Shown: positions 49,163 through 59,780 of the stretch, in pieces
Position numbering within the stretch: position 1 is the stretch's first letter
Layout of the letters: each line of letters begins with the position of its first letter
Assembly: GCA_036493155.1 (NCBI GenBank)
Contig: DASXQE010000106.1
Span: 299-64,298, forward strand
Direction: 5' to 3'
From: Candidatus Limnocylindrales bacterium
GTDB taxonomy: Bacteria; Chloroflexota; Limnocylindria; Limnocylindrales; CSP1-4
Length of the DNA stretch: 64,000 nucleotides
The notes under the pieces: model-generated
Told to the model about the DNA's origin: nothing
The model's database searches: none
What the model saw: only the letters and a program-made list of their open reading frames with translations
Position numbers and translations under genes: made by a program

Positions 49163-50113
49163 TCAGGGCGCCGGGGCGTCGGTCGCGCAGGGCTCGTCGT
49201 TGTTGGGCAGCACGCCGCTGGCCGTCGGCACGCACGGCTCGGCGCTGCTGCCCGGGCCGCCCTGGAGACCGCCTTGGTAGTCGGTGATGACGAGCACGAA
49301 CTCGAGGCGGTCGAGGGGCGCTGCGGGCTGGAGGTACACCGTCTGGACGACCTCGTTCGGGTCGCGGGCGACGTCGACGACCTGGCCGATGAGCAGGCCC
49401 TTGGGGTACGGCGACCGGATTCCGCCGGCCAGCTCGATGCCCGCGGTGAAGACCTCCTCGCCGATCGGCACCGTCACCGTGGAGTCGACGTCGGTCATGA
49501 CCAGCGCACCCCCGGGCTGGCCGACGACCTTGCCGGTGGCGGCCGAGGACAGCAGCTGGCCGATGACCGTCGATGTCGAGTCGCTCATCAGGAGCACCCG
49601 GGCGAAGTCGGGCCCGACCTCGATGACGCGCCCGACCAGGGCGCCGCCGGACGCGATCACGACGTGGCCGACCTGGATGCCGTCGTCGCTGCCGCGGTCG
49701 ATGACGATGACGCGACGCGCCTCGGAGGTCTCGCGGGCGATGACGGCCGCGGTCGTGGTCTGGAAGTTGAGGCCCTGGCGCAGCTGCAGCAGGGCCGTCA
49801 GCTCGTCGTTCTCCCGCCGCAGCTCGGCGGCCGAGCGATTGTCGATGCTGAGCTGGTCGTTCTCGGCCCGGAGGGCCTCGTTGTCCTTGCGCAGCTGGTC
49901 GATGTCGGCCAGCGCGCCGCCGATCGACACCAGGTCCCGGGCCGCGCCATCGATCGAGGCCTCCATCGGCTTGAAGGCGAAGGCCACGCCGTTCTCGAGA
50001 TCGCGGATGAGGGGGTTGGCCGAGATGGCCATGAGCAGCACCGAGGCGACGAGGAACCCGACGTAGGTGCCGGCCCGGCGGCGTGCCGCCCGATTGGCGA
50101 ACAGCCCGCTCAT
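49163..50113 (-). CDS. mreC: rod shape-determining protein MreC
   Basis: N-terminal TM, a coiled-coil (LRKDNEALRAENDQL), beta-barrel repeats and a C-terminal Pro-rich tail. Confidence 0.8.
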   Translation of the reverse strand: MSGLFANRAARRRAGTYVGFLVASVLLMAISANPLIRDLENGVAFAFKPMEASIDGAARDLVSIGGALADIDQLRKDNEALRAENDQLSIDNRSAAELRRENDELTALLQLRQGLNFQTTTAAVIARETSEARRVIVIDRGSDDGIQVGHVVIASGGALVGRVIEVGPDFARVLLMSDSTSTVIGQLLSSAATGKVVGQPGGALVMTDVDSTVTVPIGEEVFTAGIELAGGIRSPYPKGLLIGQVVDVARDPNEVVQTVYLQPAAPLDRLEFVLVITDYQGGLQGGPGSSAEPCVPTASGVLPNNDEPCATDAPAP

Positions 50114-50155
50114 GTGCTCCTCCGAGGGCCTCCCCGGCCCGGCCCGATCGCCTGC

Positions 50156-51208
50156 CTAGTGCAGCGGCCGGGAATACGTCTCGGTGACGAGGACCCGGTT
50201 CATCGCCTCGAGATCCTGCAGGACCTCGCCGGTCCCCCGGACGACGCAGGTCAGCGGGTCGTCGGCGACGTGGACCGGCATCTGGGTCGCCTCGGCGACG
50301 CGGCGGTCGAGGCCGGCCAGGAGGGCCCCGCCCCCGGCGAGGACGATGCCCTGGTCCATGATGTCGGCCACGAGCTCCGGCGGGGTCTCCTCGATCGTGT
50401 CGCGGATCGTGTCGACGATCTGCTGGACGGACGGCTCGATGGCCTCCCGCACCTGATCCGCACCGACCTCGACGCTTCGTGGCAGGCCCGTCAGCAGGTC
50501 GCGGCCGCGGAGGTTGACCCGCTGCTGGTCCCACTCCCCCGGGTACGCCGAGCCGATCGCGATCTTGATGTCCTCGGCGGTCCGCTCCCCCAGGAACAGG
50601 TTGTACTCGCGGCGGGCGAAGTTGACGATGTCCTGGTCCATCTCGTCGCCGCCGATCCGGATGCTTCGGCTCACGACGATCCCGCCGAGGCTGATGACGG
50701 CAACCTCGGTCGTGCCGCCGCCGATGTCGACGACGAGGCTGCCGGACGGCTCGCTGACGGGCAGGCCCGCCCCGATGGCCGCGGCCATCGGCTCCTCGAT
50801 GAGACGGGCCCAGCGGGCTCCGGCATTCAGTGCGGCGTCGAGGACGGCACGCTTCTCGACCTCGGTGACGCCCGAGGGAATGCCGACGATCATCCGCGGC
50901 CGCGGCAGCAGCCCGATGCGGTCATGGACCTTGTCCACGAAGTACCGGATCATCTGCTCGGTCACGTCGAAGTCGCTGATGACCCCGTCGCGGAGGGGTC
51001 GCACGGCGATGATGTTCGCGGGCGTCCGGCCCACCATCCGCTTGGCCTCGGCACCGATGGCGAGAACTCGTTTCGAGCGCGCCTCGATGGCGACGACCGA
51101 CGGCTCGCTGATCACGATGCCGCGATCGCGCACGTGGACCAGGGTGTTGGCCGTGCCAAGGTCGATCCCGATGTCGCGGGAGAACAGGCCGAGGAGGCGG
51201 TCGAGCAT
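50156..51208 (-). CDS. mreB: rod shape-determining actin-like protein MreB
   Basis: DIGIDLGTANT, VVDIGGGTTEVAV, VLAGGGALL. Confidence 0.9.
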   Translation of the reverse strand: MLDRLLGLFSRDIGIDLGTANTLVHVRDRGIVISEPSVVAIEARSKRVLAIGAEAKRMVGRTPANIIAVRPLRDGVISDFDVTEQMIRYFVDKVHDRIGLLPRPRMIVGIPSGVTEVEKRAVLDAALNAGARWARLIEEPMAAAIGAGLPVSEPSGSLVVDIGGGTTEVAVISLGGIVVSRSIRIGGDEMDQDIVNFARREYNLFLGERTAEDIKIAIGSAYPGEWDQQRVNLRGRDLLTGLPRSVEVGADQVREAIEPSVQQIVDTIRDTIEETPPELVADIMDQGIVLAGGGALLAGLDRRVAEATQMPVHVADDPLTCVVRGTGEVLQDLEAMNRVLVTETYSRPLH

Positions 51209-51295
51209 GCCCAGGGCGGGGATCCTCAGATCGTCGAAGGGTGAACGGGAGTTGGGAGTATAGCCCGGGTGCCCGTGATGCCCCCGCGCGTCAGC

Positions 51296-54200
51296 TCAGG
51301 GCGTTGTCTGCTCAAGCGGTGCCCGCGTCTCGACCAGCCCCAGCCGGTGGGCGATCGCCGCCGCCTCGGTGCGTCTCGAGACGCCGAGCTTCGCGAGGAT
51401 GTGCTCGACGTGGGTGCTGACGGTCTTCGGCGAGACGAACAGCCGCCCAGCGATCTCGCGATTGGTCAGCCCGGCGACCAGGAGGTCGAGCACTTCGAGC
51501 TCGCGGGCGCTCAGCCCGAACGCGGCATCGGGCTTGTGGGGCCGGTTGGCCGCTTGCCGCTGGCGATCCAGGTCGACCCTCGCGCGCCGAGCGACGGCCT
51601 CGATCTCGCCACGAAGCGGCCCGGCCCCAAGGGTTGTCGCCAGCCGATGGGCCTCGAGGAGCCCGGCGACGGCCTGGTCGCGGTTGCCCCGCGCGGCAAG
51701 CTCGGCCTCGGCTCCCCGCCACCAGGCGTAGGCCCGCTGATACGGCATCTCCAGGGCAGCGAAGGCCTCGGCCGCCTTGGTCCACGCCTCCGGGGAGGAC
51801 TCGCCCAGCGCGCGACCGTGCTCGGCCTCGCAGAGCCGAAGCCAGGCCCCCGCCAGCGGTGCCAGCAAGGATCGACGACGACGATTCTCGCCGTCGATCG
51901 TCCGCATCAGCGCCAGGTAGCGCGACGCGACTTGGCGGCTGTCGCCTGACTGCGCGGCCGAGCGGCCCCCGGCCAACTCCGCCTGGTCGGCCGCCGCACG
52001 CACCGCCAGGGCAATGACCGGCCCGATCCGGCTGATGTTGCCCGGGTCGAAGGCATGGACCAGCCCAGCCGCTCGAGTGGGCAGGTCCGCCCCGCCGAGG
52101 TAGATCCCGAACGTCTCCGCGATCGCGTCCTGCGCATCCCTGGGTCGACCCTGCCACAGCGCGAGCTCTGCCCGGAGCTCGATGAACGGCGAGTTCCATT
52201 GCGGGTCGGTCGACCCGCCGATGAGGCGCCGCAACAGCGCGATGCGCTCCGCCGCGACATCGTGCTGGCCACGATCGACCTCCAGCAGGGCGAGCCGCAG
52301 GTTGAACAGGATCTCCGGGGCGCCCGATGCGACGTAGCCGCGCGCTTGCTCGAGCATCGCATCGGCATCCGCCCATCGACCCAGGCGAATGAGCGCGCCG
52401 GCGCCCTCGCTCAAGTTGATGACGCCGGCGAACGATGCGGCGTAGCTCTCCTGCAGGTACCCGAACGATTCGCTGGCCAGGCGCGCGGCCTCGTCGAACT
52501 GTCCGGCAAGGTGGACCAGCAGATCGATCATGTTCCCGTCAGCCCGGCCCACCTCCTCCGCGCTCCCGAGCCGGATGCCGATCGCTCGTGCGGCATCGAG
52601 CTTCCGCCGTCCCGTCTCGAAGTCGGCGAGGTAGCCGAGGGCGACGCCGAGCGAGGTCAAGGCATTGCCCTCGATCGCATCGGCCCCGGCGGCGGCCGCG
52701 ACGGCGACTGCCTGCTCGAGCACCGGCCTGGCCTCCGCGTTCCTCGCGGTGGCCATGAGGATCCGGCCGAGCGTGGCAAGCACGCGAGCCCGGATGTCCG
52801 CCGGCGAGTCGACCGGCAGCAGCGCGACCGCGGTTCGACCGGCGGCGACCCCGGCTGGTCCGTCGCCGCTCGCCCACAGGTAGGTGGCGAGCCGCTCCCA
52901 AAGGTCGCCGGCACGGACCGGATCGGCCGCAGCGTCGACCAGCTGGATCGCCGAACGGATCAGTGCCGCCGCCCGCGCCGGGTCCGAGTTCGACGCGGCA
53001 GCCGCCGCACGCTCGAGGAGCTCGGTGCGCTCGAGCCCGAAGATCCGAGCGGCCTCGGGAACTCGATCCCAGAGATCGAGCGATCGTTCGTATTGGCGGT
53101 GCGCCTCGTCGGGGGCGCTCACCCGGTCGAACGCGGCGGCGGCTCGAACGGCCGCACCGAGCGCCTTCGGGAGATCGTGGGCGGCGTGCCAGTGGTAGGC
53201 CAGCTCAGCCACCCGGGCAGCATCCGTCTCGATCCCCGGTTCGGCTTCGAGGGCCGTTGCGAATCCGGCGTGGAGTGCCGTCCGCTCCCAGGGCAGGATG
53301 CCCTCGTCGATGGCCTCGCGCATGAGCGCATGGCGAAATGCGAGCTCGCCGGACGTGGCGTCGAGCGTGAGGATGTGGCGCTCGACGGCCTCGCGCAGGC
53401 GGGCATGAAGCTCGGGCCCATGCAATCCCGAGACCGCTCCGAGCAGCGACATGGCGATGCGCGGGCCGGCTGCCGACGCGACCTGCAGCAGGTCCTGCGT
53501 CGGCTCGGTCAGGGTCGCCACGCGAGCCAGCAGGACGTCCCGAAGGGTCGCCGGAAGCATCCCGGTCGCCGTGTTGGTTGCCAGCAGCTCCTCGATGTAG
53601 AAGGCGTTGCCATCCGACCGCTCGGAGAGCTGCTCGATGAGGCTTGGTGGGGTGTCCGCTCGAATGGCCTGCACGAGCTCGGCGATCTCCGGCGGGTCGA
53701 ACGGGAGCAGCTCGACCCGTTCGACGCTGCCTCGCCGCTCGAGCTCCGCCACGAACGGCAGCAACGGATGTCGTCGGTGCAGCTCATCGCTCCGATACGT
53801 CGCGATCAGGACCATGGACCCGCCGAGGTTCCGCCCGAGGTAGCCGAGCAGGGCGAGCGTCGACGGGTCTGCCCAATGGATGTCTTCGACGACGAACAGC
53901 AGCGGACGGTCGCCGGCCAGGTGCCGGAGCACCGCGAGGAGGGCTTCGAGGAGGTGCGCCTGGCTCGCGGCCGTCGCGCCCTCGCGCCCGGCGGCCGGCG
54001 ACGATGCCTGAACCAGCTCCGGAACGAGCCCGCTGAGCTCCGATGCACCAGGCCCCAGGAGCTGATCGAGGTCGGTCGTGCCGACGACATCCGCGAGTCG
54101 CCGGAGCGCCTCGACGATCGGGGCGTACGGCAGCGTGTCGTCGCCCATCTGGACGCACCCGCCGACGAGGGTCCGCCAGCCGGTGGCCTCGGCGCCTCGC

Positions 54201-54385
54201 GTCACCTCGTCCACGAAGCGCGTCTTCCCGACACCCGCGTCGCCCGCGACGACCACGAACGTCGCCCGACCCGAGACCGCTCGATCCAGCGCCTCGCGAA
54301 CGAGCTCCAGCTGGTGGCGACGCCCGACGAAGACGGGGCTGGCTACCCGGGTGACCACCCAGGCATTATCGAGCGCTGGTTGCAT
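51296..54385 (-). CDS. LAL-family (large ATP-binding LuxR) transcriptional regulator
   Basis: N-terminal P-loop NTPase (VVAGDAGVGKT; FVVEDIHWAD), a ~700-aa helical/TPR-like middle and a C-terminal LuxR HTH (LSARELEVLDLLVAGLTNREIAGRLFVSPKTVSTHV). ATG at 54385. Confidence 0.8.
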   Translation of the reverse strand: MQPALDNAWVVTRVASPVFVGRRHQLELVREALDRAVSGRATFVVVAGDAGVGKTRFVDEVTRGAEATGWRTLVGGCVQMGDDTLPYAPIVEALRRLADVVGTTDLDQLLGPGASELSGLVPELVQASSPAAGREGATAASQAHLLEALLAVLRHLAGDRPLLFVVEDIHWADPSTLALLGYLGRNLGGSMVLIATYRSDELHRRHPLLPFVAELERRGSVERVELLPFDPPEIAELVQAIRADTPPSLIEQLSERSDGNAFYIEELLATNTATGMLPATLRDVLLARVATLTEPTQDLLQVASAAGPRIAMSLLGAVSGLHGPELHARLREAVERHILTLDATSGELAFRHALMREAIDEGILPWERTALHAGFATALEAEPGIETDAARVAELAYHWHAAHDLPKALGAAVRAAAAFDRVSAPDEAHRQYERSLDLWDRVPEAARIFGLERTELLERAAAAASNSDPARAAALIRSAIQLVDAAADPVRAGDLWERLATYLWASGDGPAGVAAGRTAVALLPVDSPADIRARVLATLGRILMATARNAEARPVLEQAVAVAAAAGADAIEGNALTSLGVALGYLADFETGRRKLDAARAIGIRLGSAEEVGRADGNMIDLLVHLAGQFDEAARLASESFGYLQESYAASFAGVINLSEGAGALIRLGRWADADAMLEQARGYVASGAPEILFNLRLALLEVDRGQHDVAAERIALLRRLIGGSTDPQWNSPFIELRAELALWQGRPRDAQDAIAETFGIYLGGADLPTRAAGLVHAFDPGNISRIGPVIALAVRAAADQAELAGGRSAAQSGDSRQVASRYLALMRTIDGENRRRRSLLAPLAGAWLRLCEAEHGRALGESSPEAWTKAAEAFAALEMPYQRAYAWWRGAEAELAARGNRDQAVAGLLEAHRLATTLGAGPLRGEIEAVARRARVDLDRQRQAANRPHKPDAAFGLSARELEVLDLLVAGLTNREIAGRLFVSPKTVSTHVEHILAKLGVSRRTEAAAIAHRLGLVETRAPLEQTTP

Positions 54386-54462
54386 CCTCGATGGTCTCGA
54401 CGAGGGCCGGCATCGATACGGACGGCGGGCTGGCTGGGCGTTCCCGAGCCCTTGGCCGTGAG

Positions 54463-55218
54463 TCAGGCAGCCGGGGGACCGTGACCGGGCCGGTCGAAGG
54501 CGACCCCGCGATCGCGCAAGGACACCCACGCGTCGTGTCCGATGACGAGGTGGTCGAGCAGGTCGATGTCCAGCAGCCGCCCGGCCGCGAGCGCCTCCGC
54601 GGTGAGGTGCAGGTCGTCCGGCGACGGCGTGGGGTCGCCCGACGGATGGTTGTGCACGAGGATGACGCCGGCCGCGTCGAGCCGGACGGCATCCCGGAAG
54701 AGCTCGCCGATCCGGACGAGCGAGGCCGAGACGTTGCCCTGGTAGGCCGTCACGACCCGCAGGACGACGTTCTTGGTGTTGAGGATCACGACCCGCAGCT
54801 CCTCGCGCTCCAACCGGCCCATCTGGAGCACCAGCCGGTCCGCGAGGTCGTGCGGGCTCCGGACGGACCAGCGCCCCGCTGGCCAGTCGGCCAGCAGCCG
54901 CCGTCCGAGCTCGAAGGCGGCCTGGAGCTGGGCGGCCCGAGCCGCGCCGATCCCGGGGATGGCCTCGAGCTCCGGGCCGCTCGCGCGCGACAGCCCGGTC
55001 AGGCCATCGAACGTCGCGAGCGTCGACGTCGCGAGATCCACGGCGGACTGGCCGCGCCCGCCGGAGCCCCACAGCAGGCCGATGAGCTCGGCGGCTGTGA
55101 GCCCGGCTGGTCCACGCAGCTGCAGCCGCTCGCGCGGCCGCTCCGAGGTCGGCAGCTCGCGGATCGCCCGGCCCGTCCGGACCACCACGAGGCCGCGGTG
55201 GTGCACGAGGTCCGACAT
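54463..55218 (-). CDS. radC: RadC-family JAB/MPN domain protein
   Basis: HhH N-terminal region plus the JAMM motif (VILVHNHPSGDPTPS). Confidence 0.85.
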   Translation of the reverse strand: MSDLVHHRGLVVVRTGRAIRELPTSERPRERLQLRGPAGLTAAELIGLLWGSGGRGQSAVDLATSTLATFDGLTGLSRASGPELEAIPGIGAARAAQLQAAFELGRRLLADWPAGRWSVRSPHDLADRLVLQMGRLEREELRVVILNTKNVVLRVVTAYQGNVSASLVRIGELFRDAVRLDAAGVILVHNHPSGDPTPSPDDLHLTAEALAAGRLLDIDLLDHLVIGHDAWVSLRDRGVAFDRPGHGPPAA

Positions 55219-55409
55219 GGCGCTCCTGGCGGGCACGGCGTGATGGAGGCACTCGATCAAGGCGCCCCCGGACCCGAACGACGAAGGCCCGCCGATTCCC
55301 TCCGCCATCCGGATCCGGGGACGAGGAGCAGGCTACGGGCAGTCGCTCACCCGACCCTCACCCCGGGCTTCACCACCGATGGCGCGGCCAAGCGAACGGT
55401 TCGGCCGCC

Positions 55410-56474
55410 GTGTCCCTCAGCACGCTGTGCCATCGCCGTTACAACGCGATCCCCGATCGCGTTCTACTGTCCACCTTGAGCCCGCCGTTCGGTCGGGCCG
55501 GATCTCGACGGGGGTCGGATCGTTTGGACGCGCAACGGGCCGGTCAGCACGTGCGCCCGCCCGCGCCCATCGCCTCGCTCGATCCGTTCCGGCGGTCGCG
55601 ACGGCGACAGGCCCTGCGCCTCTTCACCGGCCTGGTCACGATCCTGGTGGTCGTGGCCCTCGTCCATGCGTCGATCCCGCTCCTGTCCGCTGGTGGATCG
55701 ACCGCGCCACGCGCGACGGCGAATGCCCAGGTGGTGGCTGCCCAGACGGCGGGCCTAGCCTCGTCGGTGCCGGAGCGCCTCGCGGTCCGTCGGCCCGACC
55801 CCGGCCCGGCATTGGGGACCGCCATCCTGGTCGCCGCGCCACAGGTCCGGCTCGGCCCCCCCGCCACGGTCGTGTACCGGGTTCGCACGACCCAGAAGGT
55901 CATCGCCCTGACGTTCGACGACGGCTGGAACGTCAAGGCCGGCCGGGCCATCCTCGACACGCTGGTCCGGCTGCACGTCAAAGCGACATTCTTCGTCAAC
56001 GCGATCTACGTCCATCGCGATCCGGACCTGTGGCGCGACATCGCGGCGGCCGGCTTCCCGATCGGGGACCACACGTTCGACCACCGCAACCTGACGACCC
56101 TGCCGTACGGCCTCGCCATGGCCGACGTCCAGAAGGACGAGAGCGTCTTCCATCGGCTGACGGGCTACACGCTCGCCCCGATCCTCCGCCCGCCGTATGG
56201 CGCCCGGAACCGCACGGTCGATGCCGCGGCACTCGCGGCCGGCTATCCGACCGAGATCCTGTGGGACACCGTCTCGGGCGACACGACGGCGGGCGTTGCT
56301 GATCGGCAGCTCGTCGCGAACGCCACTGCCGGGCGGCCGGGCTCGATCGTGCTGCTACACGTCGGGCCGGCCTCCACACCGCGGATCCTCGCCGCCGTGA
56401 TCGCCGCCTACCGGGCTCGCGGCTTCTCGTTCGTCACGATCCCGGAGCTGCTGGCGCTTCGCGCGGGCGCCTGA
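55410..56474 (+). CDS. polysaccharide deacetylase (NodB homology domain), membrane-anchored
   Basis: TM anchor, then IALTFDDGW, HTFDHR, RPPYG. The true start may be downstream of 55410. Confidence 0.75.
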   Translation: MSLSTLCHRRYNAIPDRVLLSTLSPPFGRAGSRRGSDRLDAQRAGQHVRPPAPIASLDPFRRSRRRQALRLFTGLVTILVVVALVHASIPLLSAGGSTAPRATANAQVVAAQTAGLASSVPERLAVRRPDPGPALGTAILVAAPQVRLGPPATVVYRVRTTQKVIALTFDDGWNVKAGRAILDTLVRLHVKATFFVNAIYVHRDPDLWRDIAAAGFPIGDHTFDHRNLTTLPYGLAMADVQKDESVFHRLTGYTLAPILRPPYGARNRTVDAAALAAGYPTEILWDTVSGDTTAGVADRQLVANATAGRPGSIVLLHVGPASTPRILAAVIAAYRARGFSFVTIPELLALRAGA

Positions 56475-56477
56475 CCG

Positions 56478-57545
56478 CTAGCCGAGGAGGAAGGCCGTCG
56501 GGGCCGAGAGGCCGATCTCGGACACGACGATGAGCAGGCCGTTGAACGCCGCGTGGAGCCCGATGCTGGCCCACAGCGTGCCGGTGCGGGTGTAGATCCA
56601 GCCGAGTGCCAGCGCGACGGGCAGCCGCGCCACGGTGGCGACGAGGGCCAGCCCGAACGCCTGGCTGAACGTCGCGCCCTCGATCCCGATGGCATGCGCC
56701 GCGGCGAACAGGACGGCGCTCCGGACGATGGCGTTGGTCGGCCCGACCGACCGCAGCCACGCGGTGAGGGCGGCGCCGCGGAACACGATCTCCTCGGCGA
56801 ACGGTGCGATCCCCGCGCCGGCGACGAGATGGAGGCCCAGACCGGTCGCCGTGCCGGTCGCCGGCAGCGGGCTCGGCGGCGCCTGCCCGATCAAGGGCAC
56901 CAACAGCGAGGCCACGAGTCCGGTGACGAAGACGACCGGCAGGGCGAAGGCGGCGCCCGTTGCTGCCGCCAGGAGGGCCCGTGCGGGCGGTCGCCGCAGC
57001 CCCATGTCGGACCAGCTGAGCGCCCCCGGGCTGATGACCATCAGGCGCACCACGCCGACGAACACGAGCGCCTGGAGAGCGACCGTCAGGAGATCCCCCA
57101 GCGCCCGATCCTGGGTCAGGTCGACGCCGAGCAGGGACAGCACGGTCCCGACGAGCCCCGCGACGAGCAGCGTCACGACGACGATCGCCAGGAACAGCAG
57201 CACCGGCGATGGACCGGCATACGGCTCGCCGGCGACACGCCGCTCGATGGCCTGCGAGCCGCCCAGCAGCACCAGCCCGACGGACAGCAGCGCGAACCCA
57301 GCGACGAGCAGGACGGAGGTGGCCAGCCCTGGACCGCTCAGGAAGCCGACGACGGCGAGCCCTGCCCCGATGATCGTCGCCAGCCAGCCGCTCACGAACA
57401 GGGCGGGCGCTCGGCGACCCTCGATGGAGAACCGGAAGAGGCCTGGCGCCGCGGCTCGGGCGGGGACGATTGGTTCGGGCGCGGGGTCGGGCGCGGCCTC
57501 AGGGCCGACCTCGGGCGCCGGCGCGTCCGGCGCCGAGCCGGTCAA
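56478..57545 (-). CDS. CPBP-family intramembrane metalloprotease (CAAX protease / Abi)
   Basis: Multi-TM with EEIVFRG and FAAAH motifs. Confidence 0.8.
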   Translation of the reverse strand: MTGSAPDAPAPEVGPEAAPDPAPEPIVPARAAAPGLFRFSIEGRRAPALFVSGWLATIIGAGLAVVGFLSGPGLATSVLLVAGFALLSVGLVLLGGSQAIERRVAGEPYAGPSPVLLFLAIVVVTLLVAGLVGTVLSLLGVDLTQDRALGDLLTVALQALVFVGVVRLMVISPGALSWSDMGLRRPPARALLAAATGAAFALPVVFVTGLVASLLVPLIGQAPPSPLPATGTATGLGLHLVAGAGIAPFAEEIVFRGAALTAWLRSVGPTNAIVRSAVLFAAAHAIGIEGATFSQAFGLALVATVARLPVALALGWIYTRTGTLWASIGLHAAFNGLLIVVSEIGLSAPTAFLLG

Positions 57546-58168
57546 CGCTCCGGCAGGCTGTCCGCCGCGCGACTGCCGCCGCGAACCGAGCTCCGGATCC
57601 GGGCGCCGAGCGATTCGTCACCGGCGGCCAGCGCCTCGCGCTGCGGCAGGCTGACGATCGGCGCAGCAGCCGCGGCAGCGATGGCGTCGTGGCGCTCGAA
57701 CTCCCGGCCGCACCACGCACACAGGGACCAATCGAGGCCGACGAGGCGGCTGCAGTTCGGGCAGACCCGGTTCAGACGGGTGCGGCAAGTGGGGCAGATG
57801 ATCCAGTTGGGGTCGACGCGGCGATCGCATGACGAGCAATGCGGGATGGCCTCGATCTCGGCCAGCATCGCCTCCTCGGCGAGGTTGCGCTCGTAGACGT
57901 CGCCGATGCGCTCCTGGGGTCGGATGATCCGGTAGGTGAACACCGCCAGCGGAAACAGCAGCGGCGTGAAGGCGATGACGAACAGCGCCGCGAGATACGG
58001 AGCGATGGCGTTGTCCGAGCGACCCTGCATGTCCCGGAACGCCCAGTACGCGGCGGCGATCCAGAGGATCACCCAGTAGACCGCGATGAGCTGGAAGGCG
58101 AGCTGGATGACGGGGTTGTCGAAGATCGATCCGACCGCGTCGCCGATCGTCTGGAAGATCTGGTCCAT
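57542..58168 (-). CDS. membrane protein with double zinc-ribbon domain
   Basis: Two TM helices followed by CSSCDRR…CPTCRTRL…CPNCSRL…CAWCGREF. Confidence 0.6.
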   Translation of the reverse strand: MDQIFQTIGDAVGSIFDNPVIQLAFQLIAVYWVILWIAAAYWAFRDMQGRSDNAIAPYLAALFVIAFTPLLFPLAVFTYRIIRPQERIGDVYERNLAEEAMLAEIEAIPHCSSCDRRVDPNWIICPTCRTRLNRVCPNCSRLVGLDWSLCAWCGREFERHDAIAAAAAAPIVSLPQREALAAGDESLGARIRSSVRGGSRAADSLPER

Positions 58169-58333
58169 CGAGCCGGGACCGCCTCCGTGCGTACCCCCCT
58201 TCCCGCACGAACGTGCGAGAGCCGGGGCAGTGTAGCAGGGGCCTTCCGGCCGCCAACGTGACGGTCTCGACGCCGGGCGCAGCGTCCGCGTGACGGTCCA
58301 GCGCGGCCCACCGGCTGCGCCAGCCCGGTCGGG

Positions 58334-59293
58334 TCAGCGCCGCCGGATCACTTCAGCCGTCCAGGCGATCGAGCGGAACGCCAGCCCGATGGCCAGCAGC
58401 CATAGCCCGGCCGCCCAGCTGGCCACGAGCAGCGTGAGCCCGATGAGGACGATGACGTCGTCGCCGCCGTCGACGAGGACCGGCCACAACCGCTCGAACG
58501 CCCGGCCCGCGCTCAACCACAGCGCGGCGAGGGCCACGAGCACGACCGCCGTCGAGACGATCGCGGTTGCGATCGTCCCCGGGCGAACGAGGTCTCGCAG
58601 GGCCACGCCGAGCGCCGATCGCACGGACGACCGCGTCGCCAGCTGCCGGACCGCGAGGCCACCCCACGCCTCGCCGACGAACCACGCGACGGCTACTGCC
58701 CCGACGGCGAAGGGTGCCCGCTCGACGATCCGGAGGACGAGCGAGCCCGAACCCGCCGGTGACGTCAGCTCGGCCATGACGGCATCGCGGAGGACGAACA
58801 CGGCCAGCACGAGCGCGATGCCGGTCGGGACGTGCGCCACGAGCCTGGCCTCGATCGCCGCATCCAGGGTGATGGGTCCCGGCCGCGGCTCCGGCGCCTC
58901 CACCTCGGGCTCCGCATGGAGGCGAGCGACCTCGGCATCGGCGATCGTGGCCTCGACGATGGCGACGTCCAGCCACGCCCCGACGACGGTCGTCACGACG
59001 AGGATGAGGAACAGCCCGAGGCTCGTGGCCGCCACGATCGTCACGAGGGCCGGCGCGGGGTTCGACAAGCCGTTGCCGACCAGCGTCGGGCTCACGAGGC
59101 TCGCAAGCGTGGCCGGGCTGGGCAGGACGAGCAGTGGCGGCAGCAGCAGGACGATGCCGCCGCGGACGAGGAAGGCTGCCAGGGCGAGCAGCCATAGCCG
59201 GCCGCGGACCACGGTCATCGCGCCCGCGGCAGCCAGCCCGACCAGCCAGCCTGGATGGCCGGCTGTCCGGGGTCCGGCGTCATCGCCGGCCAA
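58334..59293 (-). CDS. hypothetical integral membrane protein
   Basis: Multiple hydrophobic helices with GC3-rich codon usage. Start uncertain (MTVVRGRLW alternative). Confidence 0.5.
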   Translation of the reverse strand: MAGDDAGPRTAGHPGWLVGLAAAGAMTVVRGRLWLLALAAFLVRGGIVLLLPPLLVLPSPATLASLVSPTLVGNGLSNPAPALVTIVAATSLGLFLILVVTTVVGAWLDVAIVEATIADAEVARLHAEPEVEAPEPRPGPITLDAAIEARLVAHVPTGIALVLAVFVLRDAVMAELTSPAGSGSLVLRIVERAPFAVGAVAVAWFVGEAWGGLAVRQLATRSSVRSALGVALRDLVRPGTIATAIVSTAVVLVALAALWLSAGRAFERLWPVLVDGGDDVIVLIGLTLLVASWAAGLWLLAIGLAFRSIAWTAEVIRRR

Positions 59294-59780
59294 GGGATTC
59301 CACGGCTCGGCGGAAGGCCGTCAGGACCTCGGTCGCGAGCTCGTTGGCGCGGAGCGTCGCGACGCGGGCCGGCTCCCATCGGAAGCCCACGCGGACCACG
59401 GCGGGCGCGCGCCATGGACGCTGCGCATCCTCGGGCGCGATGGCCGGGCCGACCCGGATCTGCAGCCGGCCGTCGTCCTCGAGGATGAACCCGGAGAGGC
59501 CGCCGCCGAGGGCGAGCCCCAGGCGCGCGGCGGGCGGCTCGGGCGGCGGCCCGGCGGTCGGGGCGAGGTCCACGAACGGCACGATCCCGCCATCGTCGGC
59601 GACCCACAGGACCGCCAGCCACCAGCCATCGGCCTCGGCCGGACGGCTCATGCCCACGCGCAGGGATCGATCGCCCGCCATGGCCGCCTGCTCCCGCAGG
59701 AACGATGGCCCGGGCGGGGGAAACCGGATCGCCACGTCAGGCGGAGGCGCCGCCCTCGTCAACGCTCCGAGGGCTTGCAT
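59280..59780 (-). CDS. hypothetical protein
   Basis: 166-aa ORF in series with its neighbours. No recognisable motif. Confidence 0.4.
   Translation of the reverse strand: MQALGALTRAAPPPDVAIRFPPPGPSFLREQAAMAGDRSLRVGMSRPAEADGWWLAVLWVADDGGIVPFVDLAPTAGPPPEPPAARLGLALGGGLSGFILEDDGRLQIRVGPAIAPEDAQRPWRAPAVVRVGFRWEPARVATLRANELATEVLTAFRRAVESLGRR

Noticed and set aside
46310-51244. 1644-aa plus-strand ORF and 832-aa minus ORF (46548-49046)
   Set aside because: The plus ORF is antisense to the secreted protein, mreC and mreB. The 832-aa minus ORF is a +1 frame of the secreted-protein gene. Only the 46553-48958 frame has a signal peptide and a non-repetitive composition.
52055-54484. 809-aa plus-strand ORF
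   Set aside because: Antisense to the LAL regulator.
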